Below are positions 1 to 14,924 of a stretch of DNA of 64,000 bases, piece by piece. Both the position numbers and the translations under genes were made by a program. The stretch comes from Eledone cirrhosa (taxonomy: Eukaryota), in the NCBI GenBank assembly GCA_964016885.1, contig OZ024754.1:37510001-37574000 (forward strand), in the 5' to 3' direction. The stretch's first letter is position 1, and every line of letters starts with the position of its first letter. The notes under the pieces were generated by a model. That model saw only the letters and a list, made by a program, of their open reading frames with translations, did no database searches and was not told the origin of the DNA.

Positions 1-56
1 TGGGTACTTCGAGTTTTAGAAATTCACACACACACAGTTTTATATATATAGATATA
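1..56 (+). mobile_element. 3' end of Helentron/DINE-1-like non-autonomous element
   Basis: ttcgagttttag...(CA)n-tttatatatatagat ending, same layout as 8750-8850 and 15670-15770. Confidence 0.4.
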
Positions 57-239
57 CTATTGTTGTTTCTTTTTTATGCAAGTTAGTGAATGAATGGAGA
101 ACAGTGACCCTGATCTTTCCAGAAAGTCTCAACCAGGTACAATTGATGCAGTTGCAGTTGGTATTTAGATTGATCCGATCTAGATCGAAGGATGCAGAAA
201 AGATCGGGTGGGTATGGTGGAACTGTCAGTGAATTGCAG

Positions 240-317
240 GAATGGCTCTTCCAACGCATCTCCCTTACCATCCTCCGGGAAACGCCTTCTCTATTCTGTC
301 CGCCGGGGCTGTGGGGG
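240..317 (+). mobile_element. CRE-clade non-LTR retrotransposon C-terminal fragment
   Basis: EWLFQRISLTILR, then frameshift, then NAFSILSAG; matches the QRxSxxIxRGNA C-terminal motif of CRE-type elements. Confidence 0.65.
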
Positions 318-699
318 CAGCCAGCACGCGGGACCCCATTTGCTCTCATACAGAGAGATGGGGACGGCGAGAGAGATGGAGGCGATGAGAGTGGGAGTTC
401 GACTCTTCCGTGTTCGGACATATTGCACCTGTCATGTGGATCATGTGATAAATTACTTGTTTCATTACTTTACACGAATAATTACTTTTCTCCTGACAAT
501 CCTTGATAATTCACAACGAAGGTGTTTTTGTTTTCCTGATCTGAGAGATGAGATCTTGTAAATGTGACGCGAAAATGAGAGAGAGGTTTCAAAAAATGCC
601 CTAAGAAATACCGTATGTCAATATGGTGTCCTTACGATTCCCTCAAGAGTTACGGGTCTGCACTCTACCATATTCCTGGTATTGTCATTTAATTAAATC

Positions 700-1075
700 T
701 GGCTGAGTGTTTAGAGAATTGGATTCGCAATCATGAGGTTGTGAGTTCCATTCCCGGACCGGGCGATGCGTTATGTCCTTGGGCAAGATACTTTATTTCA
801 TGTTGCTCCTTCTACCTGGAGTTGCGACCGATAGATAGTATTAGCAATTGGAAAGACCAATGGAAACATTGTTTCCTCGGTCCGATTTGACGAAAGTCGA
901 TCGACATTTTTTTTCTTTTTTTAAAGAATTGACCTGGTACTAAGCATTGACCAGGAATAGACATTGGTCAACCCAGTCTACTGTACCAACTGTCAGTACC
1001 ATAGAATTGATAAATATGCCCGAACGCGGAAGAGCCGAACTCCCACTGCCATCGCCTCCATAGATTCCTTCCTTC
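700..1075 (+). mobile_element. CORE-type tRNA SINE with extended composite tail
   Basis: tRNA-like head (gttgtgagttccattcccgg) and ccttgggcaagatactttatttca core; tail recurs inverted at 24320-24950 and 27645-27845, and in part at 318-425. Confidence 0.65.
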
Positions 1076-1914
1076 AGTTCATATGGGTGTATGAAACAGG
1101 TATATATCAAGCTTACCTGTACAACTACCATTCAATATGGGAGCGAGAAGCTTTGTCTTTCATCCACTTAACACAATACTTGCTTGAATTAACTATTAGC
1201 TTTATGGAGCCTTATACTTTGGTAAATAATTGCTATTCAAATTCAATTGTTGCTTATCTTCTCTAATAATTTTCTTCAATGGTTAACTCTGAGGTTTATC
1301 TCCTTTTTATTCGCAATGTAATGTATTTTGAAATTCCAAAATCAATTAATATATTTTAACAACAGGCGCAGATTGGTTATAGAAGAAGGTTAAATGTTTG
1401 ATCTGTTTATCAAGCTGCTTAAGTAAGAATATGTGAAGATGTTTGGCGAAGTGCTAGTGTGAGATATTATTAGATGGTGTTTGAAACGAACCAGAGCAGG
1501 AAATTTCATCGCAAGACGTCCTATGTAAATAGCCAGGCTTTTTATAAATATCCTGCATATTAGGCGAAGTGTGACTATCGTAACACAGATTTTAAGATAT
1601 GAAGTATTTCTATTCTTCGTTCGAGTTGAAAACTAGTCAATCGCAGACTTAGTTTATGATGCGATAAAACTCTAGGTGAGTTTTTCAGTATCCTATAGCG
1701 ATACTGAAATCAATGTGCTATATCTTACTAGGGTGTATGTATGGATCCGTAACTACTAATGGAGTTGTAAGGACACCGAAGTGATATACGACATATCTTG
1801 TACACTTTAAACCTGGTGGTGCGCATCCCATTTCCAGGTCTGAACATAACCGGTTTCTTCCAGAGAATGGAAGAGAAAAAAGGTATAGAGAAAAAATTAA
1901 CCCCAGTATTGGAC

Positions 1915-2057
1915 TGGTTTATTCCACCGAGGTTAACTTTGGCCTTTCATCCTTACGGGGTCGATAAAATAAAGTACCAGTCATGGACTGGGATCGATTT
2001 AATCGACTTTTCCCTCCCCCAAAATTGCTGACCTTGAACCTATATAAGAAGCCATTA
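1915..2057 (+). mobile_element. Meta-type SINE, partial
   Basis: cctttcatccttacggggtcgataaaataaagtaccag core shared by about 25-30 copies in the window. Confidence 0.75.
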
Positions 2058-2105
2058 TTATTATTATTATTATTATTATTTTTTTTTTTTTTTTTTTTTT
2101 TTTTA

Positions 2106-2141
<36 letters not shown>

Positions 2142-2454
2142 CTCGAAAGGATGAAAAGCAAAGTTAACTTCAGCAGGATTTGAACTCGGAAAGCAAAGGT
2201 CCGGAATGAATACCACAAAGCATTATATCGGGAAGCCAGAACTTACATTATCCAACACGCCCTTATTGTATGGCGTCAGCAAGGTATAATTTGAGCTAGA
2301 TCTGGCAAAGTAACAATATATTCAGACAATAACATGGGGAAACATAGTCCCTTGTATTAATGTCTTTCTCGGGTATTTTAATCCCGAATATGAGGTTCTA
2401 GAATAGAAAATATCTCTCAACGTTTGTGACAGACTGAAGTACATATGTGTGTGT

Positions 2455-2700
2455 GTGACAGCTCACACCTATGCAGGTTTAGCTGGCCTCCCCCAAAGTA
2501 TATCTCGTCGGAGGTGTCTTGGTTGATTTAATGACAGGGACCCCAGTCCTATCATCTCATTTCTACAGCTGAGTAAACTGGAGCAACGTGAAATAAAGTG
2601 TCTTGCTCAAGGAAACAACACATCACCCGATCCGAGAATTGAACTCACAACCTTTCGATTGCAAGCCCAATGCTCTAACCACTAAGCCATGCGCCTTCAC
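2455..2700 (-). mobile_element. CORE-type tRNA SINE
   Basis: minus strand: ggcttagtggttagagc (A box), gagttcaattctc (B box), ccttgagcaagacactttatttcac core; same tail as 46915-47115. Confidence 0.75.
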
Positions 2701-3277
2701 ATATTTAGCAGTATCTAATAAGCATGGACATATCATTACTGAATGGTTAAGAAGTTTGCTATACAACCGTAAAGTCCCGAGTTTGATCCTACTACAAAGC
2801 ATCTTAGACAAGTGTGAATCCTTATTTACCATAACTTCGGGTCGACCTAAGCTTTGTGGGTAAAACAGTCAGTGGAATGACTTTAAAGTCCCGTCGGGTG
2901 GATTGTATTTGTAATTCAAAGGTTAACATGCAGCTTCTGAGCGAGAATTATATTCATGAGCTGGACCTTTAGTTATATCGTATAACTGAATGCTCATCGT
3001 AGAATCTGACGGAGGTAAATCAATGTTAATGTCACGTATATAGTAAATAAATAAATACGAGAGTCGTAGAGCACCGTCATACAGTATCTCTGGGGCACTT
3101 TTAAATCTGGCGGAGACCAACCCTCTCCAGGTCTAAACACAGCCGATTTGTTTCTATAGAGGAAGAATCGACCCCCAGTACTGGACTGGTACTTTTTTTT
3201 ATCGACCTCGAAAGGATGAAAGGCAAAGTTGACCACGACTGGATTTGAACTCAGAGTACACAATGACTACCGTAAAG

Positions 3278-3471
3278 CAGTCATGTCAAGCATGCGGCCC
3301 TTTACAAGCACACCTTCGGCCCGCACAAAGATTTTGACAGTGCGAGCATGTTTTATCATTGTAATATAAAATGAAAAAAAAAATAGTTGTAATGTGTGCA
3401 ATTGGTTGTCATGTGTGGCCCTTAGACAACACATATGTGATCCTCGGGGGACCCTCAGTTTGACATGCCTG
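3278..3471 (-). mobile_element. hAT-type MITE inserted in a Meta-type SINE (3165-3520)
   Basis: imperfect TIRs cagtcatgtcaa / ttgacatgcctg; perfect 8-bp TSD CCGTAAAG. Confidence 0.85.
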
Positions 3472-4099
3472 CCGTAAAGCATTCTATCCGACGTCTTAGT
3501 GACTGTCAATACGCCGCCTTCAAATACTACATATATGCTTAAAACACACCCCTTTCGTTTTTGTTTTCCTTTACCTAACATTCTTGTACTTTACGGCAGC
3601 CTTGATTTCTTTCATCAGCCTAAATATTTTCCTCGTACAACTTACTTATACTAAAGGAATGTAGTTATTTTTTTTAGTACATTAGTACAAGACTAATCAA
3701 AATTTCTTCAGGGGCTACTACATGACTGACTACTTGACAAACCCGACTAACTGGAAGTACCATATAACCGATTCTCGACCATACGACATTTTTATCATAT
3801 TTTCCCATCAGTTAATTCTATTCATCTTAATGATATGTTAATATCATTGACCGATTTCTAACATGTGTCATAGCCACAAACAGCCTGCTTACATTACAGC
3901 GCCGACATTTCTAATAATTAAAGACATTATAGATGTAACTTATTCACTCCCAACAAGATCTGAGAATTTAAAAATCTAAATAGTATATAAAAGTCCTAAT
4001 AGTATATATCAGTCGTAAACAGAGTTGAGTTAACTATTCAGAAAAATAAGTACATGCGTGGGATATCAACGGAAGAGGGACAATAATTTATTTAAATTA

Positions 4100-4454
4100 C
4101 CATATTTCCCGGCGTCGAAGACTCTACTTTTTCCCTAAAATAAGACTAAAAAAATCTACCATGCGTCCTGGAGGCTGAAGGTTGTTTATTATTTTTGGCA
4201 GTATCGGTAGAGGGTCGGACGCCATGCTTTCCAGCATAGTTACGTCCCTTTACGATCTGAGTTCAAATCCCGCCGAGGTTAACTTTGCCTTTCATCCTTA
4301 CGTGGTCGATAAAATAAAGTACCAGTAATGCACTGGGTAATGGCTGGCCTTGTGCCTAAAGTAGAAATAATTCTTTTTTTGTTTTCAAATTTTTGGTTGT
4401 CAAAATCAGGGTGCGTCCTCTGGGACGAAGGGTCTTCGGCGGTGGGAAATACGG
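4100..4454. mobile_element. pogo/Tigger-like MITE carrying a Meta-type SINE (4195-4372)
   Basis: TA-ccatatttcccggcgtcgaagac ... gtcttcggcggtgggaaatacgg-TA imperfect TIRs with TA TSD. Confidence 0.7.
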
Positions 4455-5405
4455 TAAATGCATTTGATAGAAGAACTAGAAGGCAGCAAAAGATGTGACA
4501 TCACAAGGATCTGACACGATTCCTCGGCCCCACATGGCTCAGTATGACTAGATATAGGAAGCTGTGAAAGTCAACTAGGGAGAAGTTCCTCCAATATGAG
4601 GGCGAAGCCCCTGGATTTTGATTTGGAAATGCATTTGTCATTACAAAAAAAAACAAAAAAAAACGCAAACATAATATATAGGGGGTTGCGGGGACACCAT
4701 AACCTTTTAAGTGCTAAAAGCCTTAAAATGACCCTGATCTTAAAATGACCCGACCCTGATCAAATCTTAAATATTGAATGGGAACGCAATCCTAAGGCCC
4801 TGAGTATGATCTTACTGAGGGGTATCTAGGGTACCTATCCTTTAATATAAATCTCCCAGTCCTTGGGAGTTAATCTTGGTAGACAGACACTGTTTGGAAG
4901 CCTGTTGGATGGGCAGTACATAAAATTGATGATAGCCAATGAGAACGTTTGTATATATTAGGTTTTTCGTCTCGAGGTGTGTGTGAAAGAGAGGGGGGGA
5001 GAGAATGAGTGTGTATGAGAGTGTATGAGAGAGAAAGAGAGTATAAGAGAGAGAGAGAGAGAGAGAAAGAAAGAGTGAGAGTATGTGTGTGTGTGAGATA
5101 GAGAGTATGCCTATGTGTATATGTTGTACACACGTGTGTGAGTGTATGTGGGGAAGTGTATGTGTGTGTGTGTGTGGTACTGTTAATATATAGAATGTTT
5201 TGGGTGTCAAGCTGGAGTTTGACAGATAAAAGGATCTTTTAAAAGGGTCAACAACGGAAAACAAGATAAATAGAACCACACACACACACATAAACAACCA
5301 TACACACAAACAACCATACACACAAACTCGCAAACACATACACACACACACACAAACGCGCACAAACAAACACACATAAACAACCATACACATTCACACA
5401 CCCAT

Positions 5406-5458
<53 letters not shown>

Positions 5459-5879
5459 GCGAGAATAAACCAAAACAGAATTTGGATAAAAATAGAAATA
5501 AGAACATTTATGAAATTTGCCATTTCCAGGCGTCTCACTCGCTTTCAACGAAAACAACAACGACAACAATAGCAGCAGCAGTAGCTACAGCAATGGTGTC
5601 TAACATTGGCCCTGTAGCAAGGTCAAGCCGCAAAGAGATCGAATTTATTAAAAGAAGCGGGAAATTCTCTGTTTGAGCGGAAGTTGAAAAAACATATCAG
5701 TACGCGGATAACGATTGGCTTAACTTAGCCAAATAACGAACGGATAGAGTATCAATGCGCCAAAGGAAAGTAGCTTGCTACAGCCCAAAGCCAGACGTTT
5801 TGAAAAGGACGATTTAAATTTATCCCAGTGCATAACTGGTACTTTATTAAGTAATTGTGTTGATCGAATCGACATAATA

Positions 5880-6312
5880 ACAATGGTTTTTGATTCAGGC
5901 ACAAGGCCAGCAATGTTGGGGAGGGGAAAGTCGATTAAATCGACCCCAGTACATTACTGGTACTTTATTTTATCGACCCTGTAAGGATGAAAGGCAAAGT
6001 TAACCTCGGTGGAATCTGAACTCAGACCGTAAAGGGCCGTAACTATACAGCAAAGCATGGCGTCCGACCCTCTACCAATACTACCAATCCAACGCCCTAA
6101 TAATTGTTTTTATATTTAGGCACAAAGCCAGCAATTTTAAGGGGAGGGGAAAGTCGATTAAATCGGCCCCAGTACATTACTGGTACTTTATTTTATTGAC
6201 CCTGTAAGGATGAAAGACAAAGTTGACCTCGGCGGGATTTGAACTAAGACCGTAAAGGACCGTAACTCTATGCTGCCAAGCATGGCGTCCGACCCTCTAC
6301 TGATACTAGTGC
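5880..6312 (-). mobile_element. Two tandem Meta-type SINEs
   Basis: two full copies (about 5880-6100 and 6102-6312) with tRNA head and Meta core. Confidence 0.85.
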
Positions 6313-7415
6313 CATAATAAGATCAACAACTGAAATAACAACATCAGCAATATTTAGAATGCGTTGACTATTAATAAATGCATGTACATGCATAAAATAT
6401 CCACTTCATAATATTTAGTACATACATATTCTATAATAGAAACACAGTTAAAGGATACACTCACAAATCACACATGCGCACGACCGTATGCGTTCGTAAG
6501 GAGAAAACAAAGGCGTAGAAATTTTCCAGGCGATAAATTATATTTGAACGAATTAGTATTAATATATTCAGAATGATGAATTAAATTAGATTTGCTTTAG
6601 CACGGGAAAATTTAATTTTTTCCTTTGTAAATAAAAAGGAGAAAAGAAAAGAATATATCTTCATTGAATCATTCTCAAACATTTCTTTTAATTAAATAAA
6701 TATAGGCAAATAACAAACATACACATATATATCCACAAACAAATATGTGTAGATAAACACACACAAATGTGTGCTCAAACATACACACAAATATGTGCAC
6801 AAACAAATGTGTGTACAAACACACGTTTTCCTCATCTCTCTACTACTGATTCCTAACTTTTAGCCCTCTCCGACCTATCTCGCTTTCTCTCTCTCTCACA
6901 CACACACACACACACTAGCAGAAGTACCCGGAGTTAAAGAAAATGATGAAATTTTATTCAAAACTCAATATATTTTTTAAATACTTATTGTTGATTAGTG
7001 ATTCTAATATTGGCATAACAAATTCTGTGAGATCAACAACAATAATAAATTTAAAATAAAAAAACCCCATAAAAGTAAATTATTATTTCTACTTTTGGCA
7101 CAAAGCCGGCAATTATCCCACTGCATTACTGGTACTTTATTTTATCGACCTCGTAAGAATGAAAGGCAAAGTTAACGTCGGCTATGATAGAAATTCGGTA
7201 AATTCTTAAAACACTCCCTTGATTTTTGTTGGAAATAATTATATTTCTTTGGTTTGTTTGTGAGCTATCAATTAATCTCATCTCAGACTATGCAGCAAAT
7301 GATTTTTCTCTGGCAAACGGAAGAGAGGGCACACATTCGGAGTTTTCCCCTCCCATGGAGTTTTCTCCATATATTTCTACCCGCCGAAATGCGATTCTTG
7401 CTGAATATATATATA

Positions 7416-8837
7416 GCTGCAGTACCCGGTAATACCCGGGAAAGGTGGGGTTATTCGCAGTTCCCAGAGTGCGCCTGAAAATGGTAGCTACCCTTGATGC
7501 ACATACTGGATTTTCAATAGCAACCTTTGCTAAGTGTGTTTATGGCTGATCAATTTTTTTTTTGTGCGGAACTATCAATAGCTGTTTAAGTCATAAGTCT
7601 TTCTTCCATCCAACTTTCTTCATTCAGAGTGAATAAGCCGGGGAAGTTTGAGCTCGAAGAGTATCGAACTTATTTAACAGACTTATGTTTAAGAATAGCA
7701 AACTTACTGCCTTAGCGCTCAAGAACAAACACAGAACAATTGAGGAAGTCATTCCAATTATTGAAGAAATTATAACCGAGTGAACATATTCACGTACTGT
7801 TCAAGCACCCTGTATATCACCGTTTGTAAAGCCCTTCAAATGACTGAAGCAATTCAATAAAACAATCCCGTTTTCCCCCTACTAGTAGACATCTGAACTT
7901 CCCTAAATCGTCACCCTACGTCCTTTTTGCATGATATAAGTTGGGCGATAGGAACAATGAGAGATTTTAAATGTTAGTTCCGTAGGTAACTGCAAAAACG
8001 GCTCAAAGTGACCATTCAACACACTTCAGAAGCTCGACAGTAGTAGTTAACCAAGGAGGGGTGGGGTCATCAGATGAGCTGTGTCGCTAAGCAAATAAGC
8101 AGCGAAACCATTAATCGCTAATGACTCTGTTGGCTTTCTGCATCCTAACATTGTAAGCGCACACACAATACATGTGGGTTGCTTTGTGTAAGTTAGTAAG
8201 TTCAAAACTTGGAGTTTAAGTGTTAAGAAATGGAATTGCTGAGATATAGTACTCTTACATAAAGGCATTAAACATAGGTTTTATTGAAAACCCAATGTGG
8301 GCTTGCCGAGTAGTGTTAAGGTTGCAAACAAAAAGACTGTTGTTTAAGTGAAAACGAATGGAATAACTTACGTTTAAAAGAACAATTCGTGTTATGTAAA
8401 TCCAATAGGGAACGCACGGGTTTATATGCCAAGAACAATCTCCCCACGATCCGACACCTCGAAATATCGACAAAATAAACTCTACTCTCAAAGACGCCAT
8501 GTTACAATTAACATGCTGGGAGTACGAATTTGTTACATCGTTTTGGGGGGGATTGAGTTGTGGGAGGAGGAAGGGGAGTAGTGGGAGGGAGGTTTTAACA
8601 ATACAGTAGTAGTATTATCTCCTCTTCCCCCCTCTCTCTCACATAAAACGTCTCTTTCCTCCTCCATTGTAAAGATGTCCCCAGGGGTTCCATTATTGAT
8701 TTTTATTGAAATCCAATTGGCCAGTCCTGTTTTTAAATTTTAGCTTAACATGTGTGTAAAGTTTCATCAGGATCGGATCACTGGTGTAGACGCCAACTGG
8801 TTATACACAGATACACAGACAGACAGAAATTGCCATT

Positions 8838-8845
<8 letters not shown>
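7416..8845 (+). mobile_element. Helentron/DINE-1-like element containing a Tc1/mariner-type end
   Basis: 5' tagctgcagtacccggtaatacccggg; 3' aagtttcatcaggatcgg-(ACAG)n-tttatatat; internal caagcaccctg-TA end near 7803-7814. Confidence 0.45.
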
Positions 8846-8872
<27 letters not shown>

Positions 8873-9059
8873 TAAGTATTTCCGAAGAAAACGCAAAGGA
8901 AAAAAGAGTGCTCTATGTATAGAACAGAGCTATTTAATTAGAAAGTGATCAACACAATATATAACCTTTCTGTCTGATAACCGATCCAGACATATTAATA
9001 TTGTCTAGGGTGCTGAAACCTTTGGTAATGGATTAGTTATATATTGTGTTGTACACTTG

Positions 9060-9127
<68 letters not shown>

Positions 9128-9310
9128 CCTACAGAACCACCTGCCTCTTTGAGGTCAAATACCAACCTACTACCATCTACAAACTGACCAATGAGAATCA
9201 AGACCATTCCTGCTGACAACATCAAAATATTCCTAACAAGCTCATATGTCCCAAGGCTCTGATACCATCAACACTATACACACAGAGCTGGTATATCTAA
9301 GAACTGACTA

Positions 9311-9366
9311 ACTGCCTGATGAGGTCATAGCTATTCAATGGCTATCATCGAAATATATATAGCAGT
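9311..9366 (+). ncRNA. Type I hammerhead ribozyme, family A, in TA-flanked cassette 9125-9411
   Basis: stem I ACTGC/GCAGT; CTGATGA; stem II atagctatt/aatggctat; GAAA-tatata-TA; AATAAA immediately downstream. Confidence 0.8.
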
Positions 9367-9411
9367 AAATAAAGGATTATGAGTTCATGCAATTGACTTA
9401 TGTTTCGTCAC

Positions 9412-9466
<55 letters not shown>

Positions 9467-9676
9467 AGAGAGAAATACATATACAAATACATACACAGAA
9501 TGTGTGACGAAAGAGCTTTGACAATATATAAACAACCTTCCGGTTATCGAACCAACCAAACAACCAGCCATCCAGAAATTTATAATAAATTGAAGTGAAA
9601 ATCAACAGACGCGGGTAGTTTTATTGGCAGCATGACCCTCCCAAAGAATAACAATGAGTATATATATATATATATA

Positions 9677-9954
9677 ATGAAGGAAATGTGGTAGGGAACC
9701 AGGTGGACCATAACGCACCAAAGTACTCAATACTTAGGGTAGTAGAGTGGGTAATAGGAACGAGTAGGACCCCGACGGCTGAGCTCAAGCCGTTTCGACG
9801 GCTAATTCTGTAGCCGTCGGAGTCCTACTCGTTCCTATATATATATATATAGGAAAATATTCATGAACATTTTCCTATTACCCACTCTATTACCGTAAGT
9901 ATTGAGTACTCTGCTGCGTTATGGTCTATCTGGTTCCTCACTACACTTCCTTCG

Positions 9955-9956
<2 letters not shown>
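9677..9956. mobile_element. TA-embedded cassette family C, two fragments
   Basis: aggaaatgtggtagggaaccaggtggaccataacgcacc... repeat with about 10 copies in the window, each abutting (TA)n. Confidence 0.75.
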
Positions 9957-9990
<34 letters not shown>

Positions 9991-10122
9991 GTAGAAGTTC
10001 TATTTAAATTGTTGGGATACAACAAGCAAATATTTTTATAACTGATATAAAGCACTCAACAAATAATTGGAGTAAAAATACGATATATTAACAAATGGAA
10101 ACTATATTTATAAAACCATATT

Positions 10123-10187
10123 TATTTCATTATACATATTTCAAGGACACCAAGTTAAATTATGGTGTGCTTTCATCAGATAAAATA
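10123..10187 (-). ncRNA. Type I hammerhead ribozyme, family D
   Basis: reverse complement of the 12613-12677 motif. Confidence 0.75.
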
Positions 10188-10409
10188 TAATATAGAGCAG
10201 TTTTATAAATAAATATTGACATACCCTTAAAAAAATGCAACCATTACTGTTGGAAGCTCCCGGGACCTTCCAACAGTAGTGGTTGCACTCTTCAAGGGTA
10301 CGTCAATATTTATTTACAAATTTTGTAAAAATTTGGTAAAAATATGCAAGGGTCAGAGCACTCAGTCCGTAAGAAAAGTTTAGTATAAATAGTTACAACA
10401 GTGACATAA

Positions 10410-10459
10410 ACAGGTACTTAAGTTTCGTTGGGTCCTGGGCCCCAACTCATTCAGCCTGT
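10410..10459 (-). ncRNA. Type I hammerhead ribozyme with CUGAAUGA core, family E
   Basis: ACAGG-CTGAATGA-gttggg..cccaac-GAAA-cttaag-TA-CCTGT. Confidence 0.65.
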
Positions 10460-10578
10460 CATAATAAAAATAAAGAAAGACTGAATGAGTTGGGGTCCAG
10501 AACCCAACAAAATTTAAGTACCTGTTTATGTGCTTGTTGTAACTATATATATATATACATATATATTTTATAGAAGCA

Positions 10579-10683
10579 GCTTCTACAGGACTAGTACTGT
10601 TTCATTCAGATGAAATCTTCAGGAAGCTTCAGGAGCTTCCTGAAGATTTCATCTGAATGAAACAGTACTAGTCCTGTAGAAGC
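10579..10683. ncRNA. Inverted pair of hammerhead ribozymes, family B (minus 10579-10627, plus 10635-10683)
   Basis: GCTTC-CTGAAGA-tttcatctgaat-GAAA-cag tactagtc ctg-TA-GAAGC on both strands. Confidence 0.75.
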
Positions 10684-10773
10684 TCCTTCTATAAAATAAA
10701 ATAAAAAAATTTTACTCTGCCATGTATTGTGTACCTTACTCTGTGGTTATCCCCGACTCAACCCGGGACCTAC

Positions 10774-12343
<1,570 letters not shown>

Positions 12344-12525
12344 GAAAAAGTTCAGGACCCCGACGGCTAAGCTCCTGCCGTTTCAACAACTAAATCTACC
12401 TGTTGAAGCGGTTGGAACTCAGCCGTCGGGGTCCTGAACTTTTTCAGTTTACCCACTCTACTACCCCTAGTATCGAGTACTCTGGTGAGTACTGGTCTAA
12501 CTAGTTTTTACCGCTTCCATTCTGA
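12344..12525. mobile_element. Diverged family C cassette with fold-back
   Basis: gaaaaagttcaggaccccgacggct ... agccgtcggggtcctgaactttttc inverted arms. Confidence 0.7.
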
Positions 12526-12612
12526 TATATATATAGAGAGAGAGCTTCCAACAGTAATGGTTGCATTCTTTAAGGGTATGTCAATATTTATTTATAAAAC
12601 TGATCTATATTA

Positions 12613-12677
12613 TATTTTATCTGATGAAAGCACACCATAATTTAACTTGGTGTCCTTGAAATATGTATAATGAAATA
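12613..12677 (+). ncRNA. Type I hammerhead ribozyme, family D
   Basis: TATTTTAT-CTGATGA-aag.acacca..tggtgt.ctt-GAAA-tatgta-TA-ATGAAATA. Confidence 0.75.
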
Positions 12678-12716
12678 AATATGGCTTTATAAATATAGTT
12701 TCCATTTGTTAATATC

Positions 12717-12787
<71 letters not shown>

Positions 12788-12844
12788 TGTGTGTGCCTTG
12801 GGGATATGGCGAATGGGGTAGAAAATCCTCAAACAATATATATA

Positions 12845-13262
12845 TAAGTTTATCCCGGGTTCAATCGGGAGTAACCACAGTAAGTAAGGTACTCAATACA
12901 TAGCAGAGTATAAATATTTAATATAGAAATGGCTTTTACAGGACTAGAACTGTTTCATTCGGGAGAAATCATCAGGAAGCCGATCGGTAGAGGTTCGGAC
13001 GCCATGCTCTGCAGCATAGAGTTACGGCCCTTTATGATCTGAGTTCAAATTCTGCTGAGGTTAACTTTGCCTTTCATCCTTACCGGGTCGATAAAATAGA
13101 GTACCAGTCACACACTGGGGTCGATTTAATTGACTTTCCCCTCCCCAAAAAATTGCTGGCCCTGTGCCTATATAAGAAACCAATATTACTTGGACAGTCG
13201 GCTTCCTGATGATTTCTCCAGCATGAAACAGTTCTAGTCCTGTAGAAGCCATTTCTATATTA
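12845..13262. mobile_element. Family B HHR inverted pair (12931-12981 minus, 13200-13250 plus) enclosing a Meta-type SINE (12983-13187)
   Basis: GGCTTC-CTGATGA..GAAA cag..ctg TA GAAGCC motif on each side of the SINE. Confidence 0.75.
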
Positions 13263-13524
13263 TATATATATGCGTTAACCTAATATATCCCTTCCATATA
13301 CTGTACCGATTGTGTTGTTATTTCCGTTTACCTTTTACATACATATATATATAGCGGCGATGAATTAGTTTTGCGAGGTTTTTTATATGAAATCGTGTGT
13401 CGAAACAAATATTGTTATACTTGGGGAGGGTCATATTTGTGTAATATTGCCAGAATTAATAACAGAACACACTCACTATAAAAAAATGGCGTAGACATAC
13501 AACACAATAGGAGGAAAATATAAC

Positions 13525-13566
13525 ACCACTGACGATGTTGCAGATGTGCAACGAAAGATTTATGAT
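13525..13566 (+). ncRNA. Hammerhead-like motif in TIR-like cassette 13412-13768
   Basis: CTGACGA-t-gttgca gatg tgcaac-GAAA-gatt-TA; weak stem I; cassette ends are about 55-bp inverted repeats. Confidence 0.5.
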
Positions 13567-14259
13567 AAACTATATATATGTGTTTGTGTCTATATTGTAT
13601 CTGTATTATTTTTGACCGTCGGTCGGTCAATGGCAACATTGAGGACCGAGTAAGTTAGATTACCGATATAAAAGACAGCGAGAAGCGAAAACCAACCAAA
13701 CAGTGAGTGTGTTCTGTTATTAATTCTGGCAATATTACACAAATATGACCCTCCCCAAGTATAACCATATATATATATATATATATATATAGTGTGTATG
13801 TGTGTGGTGTGGTGTGGTGTGTGTGTGTGCGTGTGCGGGCGTGCGTGGTGTGGTGTGGTGTGTGTATGTGGCTGTGTGTGTTTGCGAGCGTGTGTAATTA
13901 ATTTGCTAAAACGTTTGACATTTTGTCTGTTTTAATCTATATTGTCTAGCTCTCTATTCTATAAAGAGAGAAAAGTCGCCTGGAAGAAAAACATAAAAGA
14001 GCTAACTGATGAATAAATAGATAAATAAATAAACAAATGTTTGGCTCTAGTTTCCATTCCATTCCATTCTATAATCTTTATTTGATCAGTAAAGAAATAA
14101 TTGCTACATTGTAACCCTTCTTCATATCTGATATAGCTATCACTTCATTATACATTGCCACCTAGATTATTGCAACTAAGTTCGGACAGTGAAAAAAGAC
14201 TCTTTCCAATTCAGCTTACTCACTCATTATAGAATTCTCATTATATATATATATATATA

Positions 14260-14365
14260 CTGGGTTCTGTCCCTAGGGCATCAACATATATCAACCGCGA
14301 ACTCCCTCATCTAGTGTGTCCGTGCAGGGGATCCCACAGGAACACTGAGTTCTTCATCCTCAGTG
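14260..14365 (-). mobile_element. RTE LINE C-terminal fragment
   Basis: [23 protein letters not shown]. Confidence 0.6.
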
Positions 14366-14371
14366 TGTTTA

Positions 14372-14534
<163 letters not shown>

Positions 14535-14535
14535 T

Positions 14536-14570
<35 letters not shown>

Positions 14571-14571
14571 T

Positions 14572-14604
<33 letters not shown>

Positions 14605-14665
14605 ATTTTTTTTTTTTAAGTATAAACCGTTCTATCCGTTAATATATCCCCCCCCCCAAAAAAAA

Positions 14666-14730
<65 letters not shown>

Positions 14731-14924
14731 GGAACCAGTAAGACCCCGACGGCTGAGCTCAAGCCGTTTCGACGGCTAATTCTAAACAGTCCAGAATTAG
14801 CCGTCGAAACGGCTTGAGCTCAGCCGTCGGGGTCTTACTGGTTCCTATTACCCACTCTACTACCCTAAGTATTGAGTACTTTGGTGCGTTATGGTCCACC
14901 TGGTTCCTTACCACATTTCCTTCG

